The notes under the pieces are model-generated. The model saw only the letters and a list, made by a program, of their open reading frames with translations, made no database searches and was not told the origin of the DNA. Source: Nitrosopumilus sp. (GTDB lineage Archaea > Thermoproteota > Nitrososphaeria > Nitrososphaerales > Nitrosopumilaceae). Taken from it: a DNA stretch of 64,000 nt. This document shows positions 10,441 through 21,768 of this stretch, piece after piece; positions within the stretch are counted from its first letter, which is position 1, and every line of letters starts with the position of its first letter. Both the position numbers and the translations under genes were made by a program. The stretch lies in assembly GCA_965207445.1 (NCBI GenBank), contig CBDBLX010000002.1, positions 1,047,849 to 1,111,848 of the forward strand, given 5' to 3'.

Positions 10441-10857
10441 TTAGTGGAGTATCCTTGGAACCTTTCTGATTGCTTGAACAATCGATACTCTTCCAGGACC
10501 TGCTACCATGATCAAAAGTGATCCTGCAAGCAGTATGACATCAAACTCGACTCCACGTTCCCCCGTCATACTTGTAGCACCCTTTACGTAGAATATCGCA
10601 CCGACCATCACTATAGAAATTATCGCACCTGAGAATCTACTAAGCACACCTATAATGAGTAGTATTCCTGGTACTACTTCTGCAAGTGCGATTGGAATCT
10701 GTAGTTCTGGTGGAAGACCCATGTTTGGCAAAGCATTTGCAAATCCTGGATTAAATTTACCTATTCCATGCAGTATGAATATAACACCTATAGAAGCCCT
10801 GATGCCCATAAAGGCAGCATCATTGAATATTGTGTTTTTGATTCCTGCTGTTCCCAT
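10441..10857 (-). CDS. DoxX-family membrane protein
   Basis: RASIGVIFILHGIGK, AEVVPGILLIIG, GPGRVSI. Confidence 0.88.
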   Translation of the reverse strand: MGTAGIKNTIFNDAAFMGIRASIGVIFILHGIGKFNPGFANALPNMGLPPELQIPIALAEVVPGILLIIGVLSRFSGAIISIVMVGAIFYVKGATSMTGERGVEFDVILLAGSLLIMVAGPGRVSIVQAIRKVPRILH

Positions 10858-11286
10858 GATTGACAACATACATGTTGCTATAAAAACCATATTGTGTTAT
10901 TTGTAACTTGAATTGTCCTGTAGGTGGTTTTGCCTTGGCATGTGCGTCTATGCATGATTATGTTGTATGGCGAAATTATGACACCCTCATTTCAACCCCT
11001 ACAACGTATGCTATGCACCGTGACGTAAAAACCCGATTATTTTATGCCCAATTCACTGAATTGACAACATTACCATCCTACTATACTAATTGCCAAAAAT
11101 TGACACTAGACCATGTTGTGGCAAACACATGTCACAACTCTATGAGATGACATCATTTTCTGACACCAGAATTGTATACAAATTGATAAATTTGACATTA
11201 TGAATGATTTACCCAATAATGTGCAAATATAATCATAAAAATAGTCTTGGTAAACCCTTTAATTATCAAGATCTGCCACAAAATAC

Positions 11287-11901
11287 ATGTCAATGTACAT
11301 GCCAGGTGCTACTGCTGTTGGTGTAACGTTTGAAAACGGTATTGTACTTGCAAGTGAGCGGAGGATTGCATTTGGAAACTTTCTTGTAAGCAAGTCTACC
11401 CAAAAGACCTTTGAGATTACACCAAAGGTTGGTGCAACATGTGCAGGATTGGTAGCTGACATGCAGATACTCTCATTACAGATATCAGCGTTGGCCAAGA
11501 TTAGAAAGATGGATATTAAGCGTGATGTTCCGCCAAATACCATTGCCAAGATGATGTCAAACATGATGTATGAGCGCAGGTATTTTCCACTATTAACTCA
11601 GGTTATAGTGGGTGGTGTAGTTGGCACGCCCGCATTATATACTTTGGATCCGTTAGGCTCTGTTTTACCTGACAAATATGCTGCTGTAGGAACTGGCGCT
11701 GAGATGGCACTAGGTGTCCTTGACCCACAATTTTCAGATAATATGTCACAGGATGATGCTATAGCAATTGTACGTACTGCTATAAACTCTGCATCTCTTA
11801 GAGATGCAGCAAGCGGTGATGGGGTTGATATTATGGTAATTACTGGTGACTCTTTGCAGATGCATACTGAACAGTTGAACCTAAAGCCTACAACTGTATA
11901 A
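11287..11901 (+). CDS. psmB: Proteasome subunit beta
   Basis: PGATAVG, ASERR, AGLVADMQ, LDPLGS, RDAASGDG. Confidence 0.95.
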   Translation: MSMYMPGATAVGVTFENGIVLASERRIAFGNFLVSKSTQKTFEITPKVGATCAGLVADMQILSLQISALAKIRKMDIKRDVPPNTIAKMMSNMMYERRYFPLLTQVIVGGVVGTPALYTLDPLGSVLPDKYAAVGTGAEMALGVLDPQFSDNMSQDDAIAIVRTAINSASLRDAASGDGVDIMVITGDSLQMHTEQLNLKPTTV

Positions 11902-12001
11902 TGACTTTATTTACACGTTTGGACACGGACAATGTCTGTTTGATTTTGTGTTTGTTTATTTGTACGCATACGTGCATAGTTCTATACATGGACGCGATTA
12001 C

Positions 12002-12065
12002 GTCAGTAGTTCACAATGTGTTTTATATGATTTTATTTGAATAATCTACAATATAGTTGAACATT
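12002..12065. repeat. Second copy of the 2591-2654 repeat (solo IS end)
   Basis: Near-identical to 2591-2654; lies between convergent genes. Confidence 0.55.
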
Positions 12066-12079
12066 ACTTTTTTTTGTAT

Positions 12080-12565
12080 CTAGTCTCTAATCTCTTTTGC
12101 CATCTCCCAAATGTTATCTGATACGTAATGTAGATTTCTTAATATCTCCCCTCTTGATGCTGACTGTGCCTCATCACTTGACATGAGCGCCTGTCCGATT
12201 GCCAGATAGTTTCCCTTTGATTCTTCTCTTATACACACAATGTCATCTTTTTTAAATTTGCCAATCTTTGTAATTCCTGGTCTCATTAAATTGGCTCCTT
12301 TGCAGATAAATTTGATTGCACCCATATCGACTATTACATGTGGGATCTTTTCTAACATGTCAGTTTCTGTTAAAAGTGGCAGGTATATTCCATCTTTGGT
12401 CCTTGCAATTTTAATTCCTGTACCTGTTAATATGCACTCATTATCATCAATATCATACATTTTGAGATTCTTTATTTTTGGAATTTTGATAATATTATTC
12501 CACTTTTCAGATATGTCGTTTAGTGTTATATTTGTCTCACTCTTTGAGATTAGATTTGATTTCAT
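12080..12565 (-). CDS. PUA-domain RNA-binding protein
   Basis: VDMGAIKFICKGANLMRPGI, LAIG, HYVSD; start moved to MKSNLISK. Confidence 0.9.
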   Translation of the reverse strand: MKSNLISKSETNITLNDISEKWNNIIKIPKIKNLKMYDIDDNECILTGTGIKIARTKDGIYLPLLTETDMLEKIPHVIVDMGAIKFICKGANLMRPGITKIGKFKKDDIVCIREESKGNYLAIGQALMSSDEAQSASRGEILRNLHYVSDNIWEMAKEIRD

Positions 12566-12570
12566 GTATG

Positions 12571-13626
12571 TCAACTCGGGGAAATTCTCTGTCGTATGTA
12601 TAACAGATCTCGAAGTATTGCGCTTGCAGTCTCCATACCACCTGCACCACATCCGATAATAGTCTGTGTCCCAGAGTGCTCTGAGGTAAATGATATTGCA
12701 TTTAGAGTGCCATTGACGCATAAAGGATCGTCTTTTGATATTTCAACTGGCTCTACACTCATATGGTTATTTTTACATGTGGCAGTCATTTTTATCACTT
12801 TATCATTTTTGGCTGCTCTTTTGATATCTGCAGACGTGACATTTCTAATACCTGTGCATTTGACATCGGGCATAGTAACCTTCATGTTCATTATCCAGTT
12901 TGCTAATATAACTAATTTAGCTGCTGCATCCAGTCCGTCTAGGTCAAGGGATTCGTCTGCCTCTACATATCCTCTTTTACGTGCATCTTGTAGTGCCTCT
13001 TTTGGAGACATTCCAGACGTCATACATGATAATATGTAATTTGTCGTGCCGTTTAATATACCACTAAATGATGTAATTTGTTCACCACATAGGCTGTTCT
13101 TTGCATAGTCTAGTATTGGAGTACCTCCACCTACTGTACCGCTGAATTTGAACATTACTTGGTTGTATGTTGCAAGTTCATTTAATGATGGAAATGCAAG
13201 TGCCAGTGGCCCTTTGTTAACTGATACAACATGTAGTTTGTGTTTCATTGCAGTTGTAATGTTGGTCATGCCAGGTTCTGCATGTGTGTAGTTACTTGGT
13301 GTGGTCTCTACTAAAACATCTGCATCTGATGCTATTGATTCAATTACGTGTGTGGCGTTGTCTTTTGTAATATTATGAACTGACTTGGTAATGTGGTATT
13401 TTGTATCTGGTTTGTCATATTTGGCAACTGTACCGTATGTGTTCTTGACTTTGATGAGTTTTGAGCCATCAAGACCTGATGTATCCCATGCGACACCACC
13501 ACTGTCTGTTACTGCTATTATACGCGGTTTTAGACCATACTTTGTATAAAGATCATCTGATCGTGTCTCTAGTAATCTTATTAGACTTTGTCCAACAACA
13601 CCAAAACCACACAAAATTATTCGCAT
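12571..13626 (-). CDS. hom: Homoserine dehydrogenase
   Basis: CGFGVVG, VNKGPL, TVGGGTP, GILNGTTNYIL, GAGGMETASA. Confidence 0.95.
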   Translation of the reverse strand: MRIILCGFGVVGQSLIRLLETRSDDLYTKYGLKPRIIAVTDSGGVAWDTSGLDGSKLIKVKNTYGTVAKYDKPDTKYHITKSVHNITKDNATHVIESIASDADVLVETTPSNYTHAEPGMTNITTAMKHKLHVVSVNKGPLALAFPSLNELATYNQVMFKFSGTVGGGTPILDYAKNSLCGEQITSFSGILNGTTNYILSCMTSGMSPKEALQDARKRGYVEADESLDLDGLDAAAKLVILANWIMNMKVTMPDVKCTGIRNVTSADIKRAAKNDKVIKMTATCKNNHMSVEPVEISKDDPLCVNGTLNAISFTSEHSGTQTIIGCGAGGMETASAILRDLLYIRQRISPS

Positions 13627-14025
13627 ACAATCACCTTAGCACATGTCTTCTTTTCTAGTTATGTATTGGGGTTGCGACTGTGTGATGATTTCATCATGTA
13701 TGTATTTTGAGTGCCATGTATGATAATTTGAGTTTTTATCTATTATACTTGTTTGATACACAATATTTTTTGTTTTAGCTGTAAATTTACTCTTTATACT
13801 ATTCATTATAGTTCAGCATATCTGCCTGATCTGAGTTATTTTATGATTGTGGTTTGTTAAATGTGTGTAATCCTGTAAGCAGACACTATTATGATCTGAC
13901 ATGTCCATTACACTTTATTTTTTCTTTTGCAGTTATGTCTTTTGTTGTTTGTTTACATGTATGGATTTTAGTGGGCGTTTCTTTACTTTAAATATATACT
14001 ATGATCACATATATACAAATATTTA

Positions 14026-14454
14026 TTAATGATCATTTTCATGCAACAATGACAGTGAATTGATACAGTATCTCAAGTTGGTCGGAGCTGGACCATCATC
14101 AAACACGTGTCCTAGATGAGCGCCACACTTGTTGCAGTTGACCTCTACTCGCGTCATACCGTGTGATGTATCTGAGATGTACTCGATATTTTCATCTCGT
14201 AAGGGTTTCCAAAAGCTTGGCCAACCAGACCCAGAATCAAACTTTGCATCAGATGAGAATAACTCCTCATTACAACATGAACATATGTATTTGCCTTTGG
14301 GACTATGTGTGTTATATCTACCAGAAAAAGGTGGCTCTGTTCCATGGTTTATGCATACCTCAAATTGTTCTGGTGAAAGTACTGTCTTCCATTCCTGTGG
14401 TGTTTTTTTTGATGTGTTTGTATCTGGTACCTTACTATCTGCATCTTTTGTCAT
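14026..14454 (-). CDS. msrB: Peptide-methionine (R)-S-oxide reductase
   Basis: [30 protein letters not shown]. Confidence 0.95.
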   Translation of the reverse strand: MTKDADSKVPDTNTSKKTPQEWKTVLSPEQFEVCINHGTEPPFSGRYNTHSPKGKYICSCCNEELFSSDAKFDSGSGWPSFWKPLRDENIEYISDTSHGMTRVEVNCNKCGAHLGHVFDDGPAPTNLRYCINSLSLLHENDH

Positions 14455-14527
14455 TATTTTTACTTTCTAGAGTGTTGTTTTTAGATGTTTACCTGTTGAT
14501 ATTTTGTGCATAGTTGTCGCAAACACA

Positions 14528-16285
14528 TTACGAGCGCAAACTCTTTCGTTTTTTCTCTACTGTACGTTTTTCTGACTCAAAACGCTCCAAGTCGTACTCT
14601 TTGAGATCTACGAATTTAATTGCCTTGCACAATACAGGATGTACACGTTTTATCTGCAAATACATCTGTTGTGCCACTCTTCTATAGTCTGCATGCCCTT
14701 GTGGTATAGTACGCAACTCTATCATATGAGATGCCTCTCTGAGATTCATTTTAATCATGTATGGATAGTTATAAGCAAAATTAACCACATATTGTGCCTG
14801 TTGTGGATATTTTTTACTTATTGTATCAAATGCATCTTTGGTAGTGTCTAATGCCTCTTTGTATGCCTTGTGCATTCCTATCTCTTTGATCTGTTTTGGG
14901 ATATCATATCCATGGTTTGTTGTAAGTAGTTGTCTGTGCATTGTGAGTATACGATGTCTGTGCAGATCTCTGAACATCCCAAAATTGTTGCATAGATCAA
15001 ATGTGTATGATGTTGCCTCAAATGCTCTTGTTAACCTATGTCTTCGATTCGAGCGTAAATTCACTAGTCTGTTTATGATACGTATCTTTTGTTCGTGTGA
15101 CATTTTGGTTTTTGTATGATGTAATACATGCTGATAAAGAGTACCATTTGAGTATTCATACAATATGGATGCAACTATTTTGTTTATTGCATCTGACTCT
15201 TTGTCGCACTCTACAAGATATGTTGTTGTGCCTTTGTTTTGTAATGTTCTATTTGGTGTTTTGTTTTGTGGTGTTTTGTTTTGTGGTGTTTTGTTTTGTG
15301 GTGTTTTGTTTTGTGGTGTTTGGTTTGACGTTACATTGTATTGCACAGCTGCCTTTTTGGCAATATTATTTGCACGTGATATGTAATCCCGCATGTCGTA
15401 TCCATACTTACCTTTTGAGCGTTTTAGAAATGCCCCAATAACACTTTCAAGCTCAATACGTATACTCTTGGCTAGATGTCTTTCTTCTATTAAATTCGAT
15501 GATTCAAGTACATACAACAAGTACTCAAATGCTCGTCCGTTTCCAGTAATTCCAACATTTGTCATGGTTGCTGCAGGTAACAAACCACGCAACACATCGA
15601 GTGCTTTTGCTTTTGTAGATCCGTTGTATATCATCTTTGCATATGCAATGTCCGCATCATTTGTTAGTTTATCATATGTATTATCATTTTTTTGTTCACT
15701 AGTCGAGTCTTTGAATCGATACATCTCAATTGGATATAACTCTCTTACATGTTTGATCATAGGTTCTACTGCATCAGAGTATACGTCAAATGATAGATTA
15801 CATGAATCTTCATACATGTCTGCATACTTTGATTCCATTATGATTGGTTCACGATAAAACATGTATGATCCGTCTTGCTGTTTTTTATTCCATGTCACAT
15901 ATCGTGAAGATTTTTCTAAATATGACAGTCCTATCCTTCTATCTTGTATAGTTTTGACTGCAATGTTTGATAATCCTTCGATTGCGATCTGAGCCTCTCC
16001 AAGTTCTGCTACAGAGTCATCACCGTATTGGGCTAGTACACGCTCATAGAATTTCTCACCGCGGCTTTGATCTGATAAAAATTCGTCTAGGAATACGCGC
16101 CGCATACCCTTTGTAGTACGACTATATCTGGACATCAATGCGCCTCTATCTACTTGCCGCGGAGTTGTGATTGCAAATACCTGTTTGTCGGTGTTTGAAA
16201 AGTGTTTTTCAAGTACCTTGATCTCTTTTTGTGTGAATTTTTCAGATGTGGCAGAGTGCATGTAAGATGCGTTATAATTCGTCAA
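14528..16285 (-). CDS. thyX: FAD-dependent thymidylate synthase, long double-domain form
   Basis: [35 protein letters not shown]. Confidence 0.9.
   Translation of the reverse strand: MTNYNASYMHSATSEKFTQKEIKVLEKHFSNTDKQVFAITTPRQVDRGALMSRYSRTTKGMRRVFLDEFLSDQSRGEKFYERVLAQYGDDSVAELGEAQIAIEGLSNIAVKTIQDRRIGLSYLEKSSRYVTWNKKQQDGSYMFYREPIIMESKYADMYEDSCNLSFDVYSDAVEPMIKHVRELYPIEMYRFKDSTSEQKNDNTYDKLTNDADIAYAKMIYNGSTKAKALDVLRGLLPAATMTNVGITGNGRAFEYLLYVLESSNLIEERHLAKSIRIELESVIGAFLKRSKGKYGYDMRDYISRANNIAKKAAVQYNVTSNQTPQNKTPQNKTPQNKTPQNKTPNRTLQNKGTTTYLVECDKESDAINKIVASILYEYSNGTLYQHVLHHTKTKMSHEQKIRIINRLVNLRSNRRHRLTRAFEATSYTFDLCNNFGMFRDLHRHRILTMHRQLLTTNHGYDIPKQIKEIGMHKAYKEALDTTKDAFDTISKKYPQQAQYVVNFAYNYPYMIKMNLREASHMIELRTIPQGHADYRRVAQQMYLQIKRVHPVLCKAIKFVDLKEYDLERFESEKRTVEKKRKSLRS
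15254..15322. repeat. 15-bp in-frame tandem repeat (NKTPQ, about 4.5 units) in the thyX linker
   Basis: TGGTGTTTTGTTTTG repeated. Confidence 0.9.
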
Positions 16286-16699
16286 TTAGACTTTTTGCCT
16301 TTGTGTATCTGGTGGTGTTTCATCAGTAGTAGAGGTAGTTGCAGAAGCGGTACTATTTTTATGATCGGGTTTTGACTTTAGACTACTTATCTTTATCAGG
16401 TTCGGTCCCATATCATTTTTATTTGCACCTGTTGCTGAGTTTTTATTATTTCCTTTAGATTGCCATCTTAGTAACACTTCTTTAAATGCAGCCGCATCTG
16501 CTTCGTTTTCTGTATACATTAACGTGGTCACCCAAAACCCACCATTTGCAGTCTTTCCTCCAACAGAGTTCATCCAAAAGTCACTTGGCAGTTCTGTCAT
16601 AATTTTAGAGTCTGGGTTCTTTGACTCTGTCACCCACCTACTTGCTACAAAATTTGTGATCTTTACTAGATCATCTTTTTGAATCATGATATGTGTCAT
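16286..16699 (-). CDS. Thaumarchaeal hypothetical protein
   Basis: 137-aa ORF abutting thyX; ELPSDFWMN...GFWVTTL core and a low-complexity tail. Confidence 0.65.
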   Translation of the reverse strand: MTHIMIQKDDLVKITNFVASRWVTESKNPDSKIMTELPSDFWMNSVGGKTANGGFWVTTLMYTENEADAAAFKEVLLRWQSKGNNKNSATGANKNDMGPNLIKISSLKSKPDHKNSTASATTSTTDETPPDTQRQKV

Positions 16700-16785
16700 T
16701 TTAGGTGATTTTTTAATTTTACTAAATTGCCTTTTACACTGGTCATTATGTGTATTTTTATAATGATGTATTGGGTAATAATATC

Positions 16786-17364
16786 ATGAAGATTTACACT
16801 AAAACTGGTGATGATGGAAATACTGGGTTGCAGGGTGGACTGCGAATCTCAAAGGCGCATACAAGAATTGCGGCTTATGGCGCTATTGATGAGGCAAATG
16901 CGTCACTTGGCGTTGCCATATCTCATAAAGATGAGTATCCATTGGAGATATCATCTATCCTTTCAAAAATACAAAATGATCTTTTTATAGTTGGCGCTGA
17001 TCTATCCAATCCAAATTTACTAGACATGAAAAATAGAGTGACACTTGATATGATTAAATCACTTGAGATGTCAATTGACAAATTTGACTCTGAGTTGCCT
17101 ACTCTTACATCTTTTATTCTTCCTGGTGGTGCGACTGCTGCGGCATGTTTACACCATACGCGTGCTATTGTGCGCAGAGCAGAGTCACTTGTAATTAAAC
17201 TATCAGAATCTGATGAGATTAACTTGCAGTGTACAATATATTTAAACAGACTCTCTGATCTTTTATTTGTGCTCTCACGTACAATAAATAAACATATGAA
17301 CTGTGAGGAAGAAAGATGGCATTCATCTGAAAGTACATCGAACAGTTGTCCATTTTCAAAATGA
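16786..17364 (+). CDS. pduO: ATP:cob(I)alamin adenosyltransferase, PduO type
   Basis: MKIYTKTGDDG, AYGAIDEAN, FILPGG, RRAE, YLNRLSD. Confidence 0.93.
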   Translation: MKIYTKTGDDGNTGLQGGLRISKAHTRIAAYGAIDEANASLGVAISHKDEYPLEISSILSKIQNDLFIVGADLSNPNLLDMKNRVTLDMIKSLEMSIDKFDSELPTLTSFILPGGATAAACLHHTRAIVRRAESLVIKLSESDEINLQCTIYLNRLSDLLFVLSRTINKHMNCEEERWHSSESTSNSCPFSK

Positions 17365-17402
17365 TAAGCTTTAATTTCCAAGATCAATTAATGTATTTAT
17401 GT

Positions 17403-17476
17403 GCCGGGGTAGCTCAGCCCGGGAGAGCACTCGGCTGAAGACCGAGCCGTCGCGCGTTCAAATCTCGCCCCCGGCA
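17403..17476 (+). tRNA. tRNA-Phe (GAA)
   Basis: Cloverleaf with acceptor GCCGGGG/CCCCGGC, anticodon arm CTCGG-CTGAAGA-CCGAG and T-loop TTCAAAT. Confidence 0.95.
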
Positions 17477-17659
17477 TCTTTTTATTATTAGAAAAGTACA
17501 CTGCACGATTTATCGTTTAGCCAAACATCTTGTTGTTATTTTGATAATTTTAAACCAAGAATGACTCATATTTCATTTGAGGATTATGTGTGTTGAACGC
17601 TTAGATTTACTGTGCGTTGTATTTTATGTCCATGTTGTGGTTTCCTATAGCGACGGGTA

Positions 17660-17807
17660 GTATGAACCAAGCTCTTTGTATACAATAATAAAATCATATA
17701 TCTGTATTTAGTAACATCCCTGCTTGTATATGGAATCCTGCATCTGCGCGACGCTTGACTTGGTGCTATTTTTAATGACCATATCAGTCATAGTGTTTGG
17801 TTCGCAC
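17660..17807. mobile_element. MITE family A, copy 2
   Basis: Homologous to 127-275 with the same TIRs. Confidence 0.8.
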
Positions 17808-17939
17808 CCGGTTTTTCTTATTTTCATTATATATGGTGGTGTGATTAAAGATCAGATACTTTGATCGATTACCCCCTTAAAATCAGGCATATGTGTCCTG
17901 AACATAAAAAGTAGAACACCATCGGATCTTTACTGAAAT

Positions 17940-18196
17940 TATTATGCATCTGTAGATGAGGCTGAGGTATGTGTTATATTAAAAGGAGATATGTTAAAGG
18001 CTGCTGCTAAAACTCTTGATCAACACTCGACGACATACTTGTCGCCATGTTGCGTCTCTTTTACATATCCTTGAAAGATTTTGACGAGTTCAGGGTCAGT
18101 TGTAATAGTTTGTGGGGGTGATGAGGTGTCGTCTTTGGGAATAGTATTGGAATTTACATTAAATTGAATCGTGCTAAATTGGCGTACATGGACTTT
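17940..18196 (-). pseudogene. Remnant of a surface protein with the QHG...RVLAAF helical repeat
   Basis: TDPELVKIFQGYVKETQHGDKYVVEC*SRVLAAAF aligns with IDPALINNVRELAAQTQHGDAHVDRWNRVLAAF of the 551-2519 gene; 5' end cut by MITE-B. Confidence 0.65.
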
Positions 18197-18277
18197 GTCA
18201 CCATTCAACACTCGTGCCTGCTTCAGATGTTAGGCGGTGAATCTGTACCTAAATTTGAAAAGGGGTTGAACGGTTAC
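18197..18277. mobile_element. MITE family B (81 bp, IS66-type TIR), copy 1
   Basis: GTCACCATTCAACAC...GGGGTTGAACGGTTAC; the core matches the other copies. Confidence 0.8.
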
Positions 18278-18362
18278 ATTTGTGCATTATTAATCTATAA
18301 TAATCATATACTAATCTAGAGTTAAATTTAATACCTCGTCAATCCCCCGTTTTTCAACATTC

Positions 18363-18809
18363 ATGGCCAAAAAAGACACAAACACTAGCACAAAGACGTC
18401 TCGATCAAAAAAGAGTGGTTCTGGTGGCAAAAAGCCAACTGGTTCTATAAAAAATACTAAAAAGAGGCTAACTGACAAAAAGACTGCTTCCAAGACGGCG
18501 ACTAAAAGTACCAAAAAGACTGCTTCCAAGACGGCGACTAAAAATACCAAAAAGACTACTGGACCAAAAAAACCTTCAAAATCTACTAAATCAATAAAAT
18601 CCACTACAAAAAAGACTAATAGTATTACCAAAAAGACTGCCAAGAAAGGCAAACGTACTACAAAGAAATCTACAATCCCGTCTCACGCAGATATGATGGA
18701 TATGGGAATTGTGATTGTAGATGATGATATAGAAGTCGATAAAGAAAAAATTAACGAAGAGCGTAGGGCATACTTGGAAGAGGCACGATCTCAAGAGGCT
18801 TTTGACTAG
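18363..18809 (+). CDS. Lys/Thr-rich, histone-H1-like low-complexity protein with acidic C-terminus
   Basis: About 105-aa K/T/S-rich region with a 36-bp tandem duplication (KKTASKTATKST), then IVIVDDDIEVD...EERRAYLEEARSQEAFD. Confidence 0.7.
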   Translation: MAKKDTNTSTKTSRSKKSGSGGKKPTGSIKNTKKRLTDKKTASKTATKSTKKTASKTATKNTKKTTGPKKPSKSTKSIKSTTKKTNSITKKTAKKGKRTTKKSTIPSHADMMDMGIVIVDDDIEVDKEKINEERRAYLEEARSQEAFD

Positions 18810-18988
18810 ATGATACAATTACGTAATGGTACCTGTGTAAATTACCTGAAGACTTTGTGTATTTTCAAAAAATGACACACTATATTTTTACATAAATGAT
18901 CGTTAAACTCACAATACACTGTGATTGATTTTACCACATATGCGCGTCTTGTGACGTCACTATTATTAGAGATAAACATGCATAATTC

Positions 18989-20044
18989 ATGGGGCTCAAA
19001 AAATACACTGCAACACGTCTAGTCACTATGTTTGGTGTTCTTATGATAACACTACTAATAACAATTGCACTAGTCGGATCCAATATGGATAGCATACTAA
19101 AGCAAGGTATTGCATTTCAAGTAAGATCTGAGATAACTGAAAATCCTGCAACAGCAGAAAGATTCACAACTGTTGAAGAGTTTGAAGGGTTTATTCAAGA
19201 ACGTATTGACCATAGAACCCAGCTATTGGGACTTGATGAGCCGTGGTACTCGCCACAACGTATCGGACTTGCAATGTACAAGATACTTTTGCTTGACTTT
19301 GGTCATGCAACATTTCTTACAAGCGACTCTGGTTCAACTGATGTCAAAGATATCATACTAGAGAAACTTCCGCGCACAATACTCTTGTTTACTACTGCTA
19401 CAATCATAATCTCGATAATTGGAATATTTTTAGGTGCACTTGCAGGAAGCAAGATTGGCTCTACTGTTGATAGATTAACATCAAGTTTTGCAGTGATCAG
19501 CTCTAGTTTTCCAGTATGGTGGGTTGGTATGATAATGATATTTTTATTTGCATTTACATATCAGATATTTCCTGCACGTGCAACACCTGATATTCCATCT
19601 ACAGACCCTGGCTATGTGCTTGCACTATTGTATCATATGGCACTGCCTCTGATAACTATCGTTATGATTGGATTTGGTGCATGGGCATATCTGGTAAGAA
19701 ATTTTATGGCAGGTATTATGCAAGAAGATTTCATATCTGCAAAAAAGACAATCGGTATAAAATCTAAAAAGATTGTATATATTCACGCACTAAAAAACGC
19801 TGCACCACCAATCATTACCATATTGGCGCTAAGTCTCTCAGGATCACTTGGAGGGGCTATAATAACTGAGGCTGTATTTGACTGGCCTGGAATGGGACGT
19901 CTCTACTTTGAGGCTATAACTGTCATGGATCTTCCTGTCATAATTGGTGCTACGTATACACTTACAGTCTTCTTTCTTCTGAGTATATTTATAGCTGATA
20001 TATTATATGGTTATTTTGATCCAAGGGTAAGAACGGCAAAATGA
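18989..20044 (+). CDS. Peptide/nickel ABC transporter permease (DppB-like)
   Basis: LPRTILL, EAA-like QEDFISAKKTIG, HALKNA, EAVFDWPGMG, DPRVR. Confidence 0.92.
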   Translation: MGLKKYTATRLVTMFGVLMITLLITIALVGSNMDSILKQGIAFQVRSEITENPATAERFTTVEEFEGFIQERIDHRTQLLGLDEPWYSPQRIGLAMYKILLLDFGHATFLTSDSGSTDVKDIILEKLPRTILLFTTATIIISIIGIFLGALAGSKIGSTVDRLTSSFAVISSSFPVWWVGMIMIFLFAFTYQIFPARATPDIPSTDPGYVLALLYHMALPLITIVMIGFGAWAYLVRNFMAGIMQEDFISAKKTIGIKSKKIVYIHALKNAAPPIITILALSLSGSLGGAIITEAVFDWPGMGRLYFEAITVMDLPVIIGATYTLTVFFLLSIFIADILYGYFDPRVRTAK

Positions 20045-21501
20045 ACGACAACCAACCCTCAATCAAATCATCTGCAAAGCAAAAAATTGATAGTAATGAT
20101 GAAAACAATAACAACACCCTTCACTTTAACAGCATAATACACGAACTACTTTCAAATAGGATGGGTATTGCGGGAATCGCCATTTTAGCTACACTAATCG
20201 TGATATCACTTGTCACCATTGTAGTTATTCCTATTGAGACGTTTCAAGAGTGGAACAATCCAAAAAGTTGGATATCATACCCAAAAACTGCTGTACCTGC
20301 ATGGGTGAATACAGGCCTTGGTGAAAAGATCCCAGAACACTTGATATTTGATACTCCTACATCAACTTTTGTACAACATACAGATGCCGTCACACAAACA
20401 ACACATGAATTTCTTATACATTATAATTATGATGACTTTCCAAATGACTTTATCTATAGTTTTTTAACACAATATGAAGGATCACCGCTTGTTCAAGTTT
20501 CAATTACTAGACCTGATGGTCATACTATACTACTGCTCTCAAAATCACTCCCTTTTTCAGATGGTGTCATATCACACTCGGAGCGAATATTTTCAACTGA
20601 CAATATAATAAAAAAAAATGTAATGCTTCAGTCACATGTATTTGAATACGATATATCTGATATGCCTATTGAAAATGTCGTATTTGCAGCAGACATGTAT
20701 GAAAACAACAACAACAATAGTCCTGATGTCCTTCAGGGAACATACACACTACATGTGAATTTTTACAGTATCTCTGATGATCTAAATGTACACGAGTCAC
20801 AATTGATAGTTGGTGGTAAAGCGTTTGGATTGATGGGTACTGATGAACTAAGACGTGATCTTGCAATTGGATTATTGTGGGGAACGCCTCTTGCGTTATT
20901 CATCGGAATTACTGTTGCAGTAGCGTCTGTTATGGCGGGGCTTTTGTATGGGGTTTATGCAGGGTATAGAGGAAAAAAGACTGATGAGGTGATGATGCGA
21001 TTTAATGATGTCATATACGCATTGCCTGCACTGCCATTTCTTATTATACTGTCTGTTACGGTTAGTAATAGTATACTGTTAATGATTGGATTCTTGATGA
21101 TATTTGGATGGGTCGGTGTGGCAAAAGTTGCACGAAGTATGTCATTGCAGATTAAGACTCGTGGGTATGTGGATGCTGCTGAGATAATGGGCCAGAGACG
21201 ATTTATAATTATAACAAAACATATAGTTCCACAACTATTACCTTATGCATTTGCAAGCATTGCAATATCCGTTCCAGCTGCAATCACAACTGAGGCAGGA
21301 CTCAGTTTCCTTGGACTCGGTGATCCTAGTTTTCCAACATGGGGGCAAATTTTGCATGATGCAAACACATTTGGTGCTGCTGCGAGAGGATTGTGGTGGT
21401 GGATGATGCCGCCTGGCGTTATGATTGCGATTACTGGCTTGGCCTTTGTATTTATTGGAAATGCTCTTGATAATATTGTGAATCCAAAACTTCGGCGCTG
21501 A
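20041..21501 (+). CDS. Peptide/nickel ABC transporter permease (DppC-like)
   Basis: GTDELRRD, YVDAAEIMG, KHIVPQ, EAGLSFLGLG, PTWG. Confidence 0.92.
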   Translation: MNDNQPSIKSSAKQKIDSNDENNNNTLHFNSIIHELLSNRMGIAGIAILATLIVISLVTIVVIPIETFQEWNNPKSWISYPKTAVPAWVNTGLGEKIPEHLIFDTPTSTFVQHTDAVTQTTHEFLIHYNYDDFPNDFIYSFLTQYEGSPLVQVSITRPDGHTILLLSKSLPFSDGVISHSERIFSTDNIIKKNVMLQSHVFEYDISDMPIENVVFAADMYENNNNNSPDVLQGTYTLHVNFYSISDDLNVHESQLIVGGKAFGLMGTDELRRDLAIGLLWGTPLALFIGITVAVASVMAGLLYGVYAGYRGKKTDEVMMRFNDVIYALPALPFLIILSVTVSNSILLMIGFLMIFGWVGVAKVARSMSLQIKTRGYVDAAEIMGQRRFIIITKHIVPQLLPYAFASIAISVPAAITTEAGLSFLGLGDPSFPTWGQILHDANTFGAAARGLWWWMMPPGVMIAITGLAFVFIGNALDNIVNPKLRR

Positions 21502-21533
21502 TCTTATGTATGTAATTATTTTATTGTAAAGTA

Positions 21534-21602
21534 TATTATTATTAACATATTACTACTATTAACATATTATTATTAACATATTGCTATTAACATATTATTA
21601 AT
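21534..21602. repeat. Imperfect AT-rich tandem repeat (TATTAACATAT core)
   Basis: Four TATTAACATAT units downstream of dppC. Confidence 0.7.
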
Positions 21603-21768
21603 ATTGTTGATAATAACAAATACTGGAAATTATTTTTGTAAAAGCTGTACCGTCTGTACCAATTCATAAATTAATTATCAAATTAACTGACAAAGTATTC
21701 CTTTACAAGCAAACAAATCACCACACTAGCATACTTGATCTGAAAGTATGCTTTTTGCCAAATTGCTT

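Noticed and set aside
17403..17476. tRNA-Phe as an integration site
   Set aside because: No duplicated 3' end of this tRNA was found in the window.
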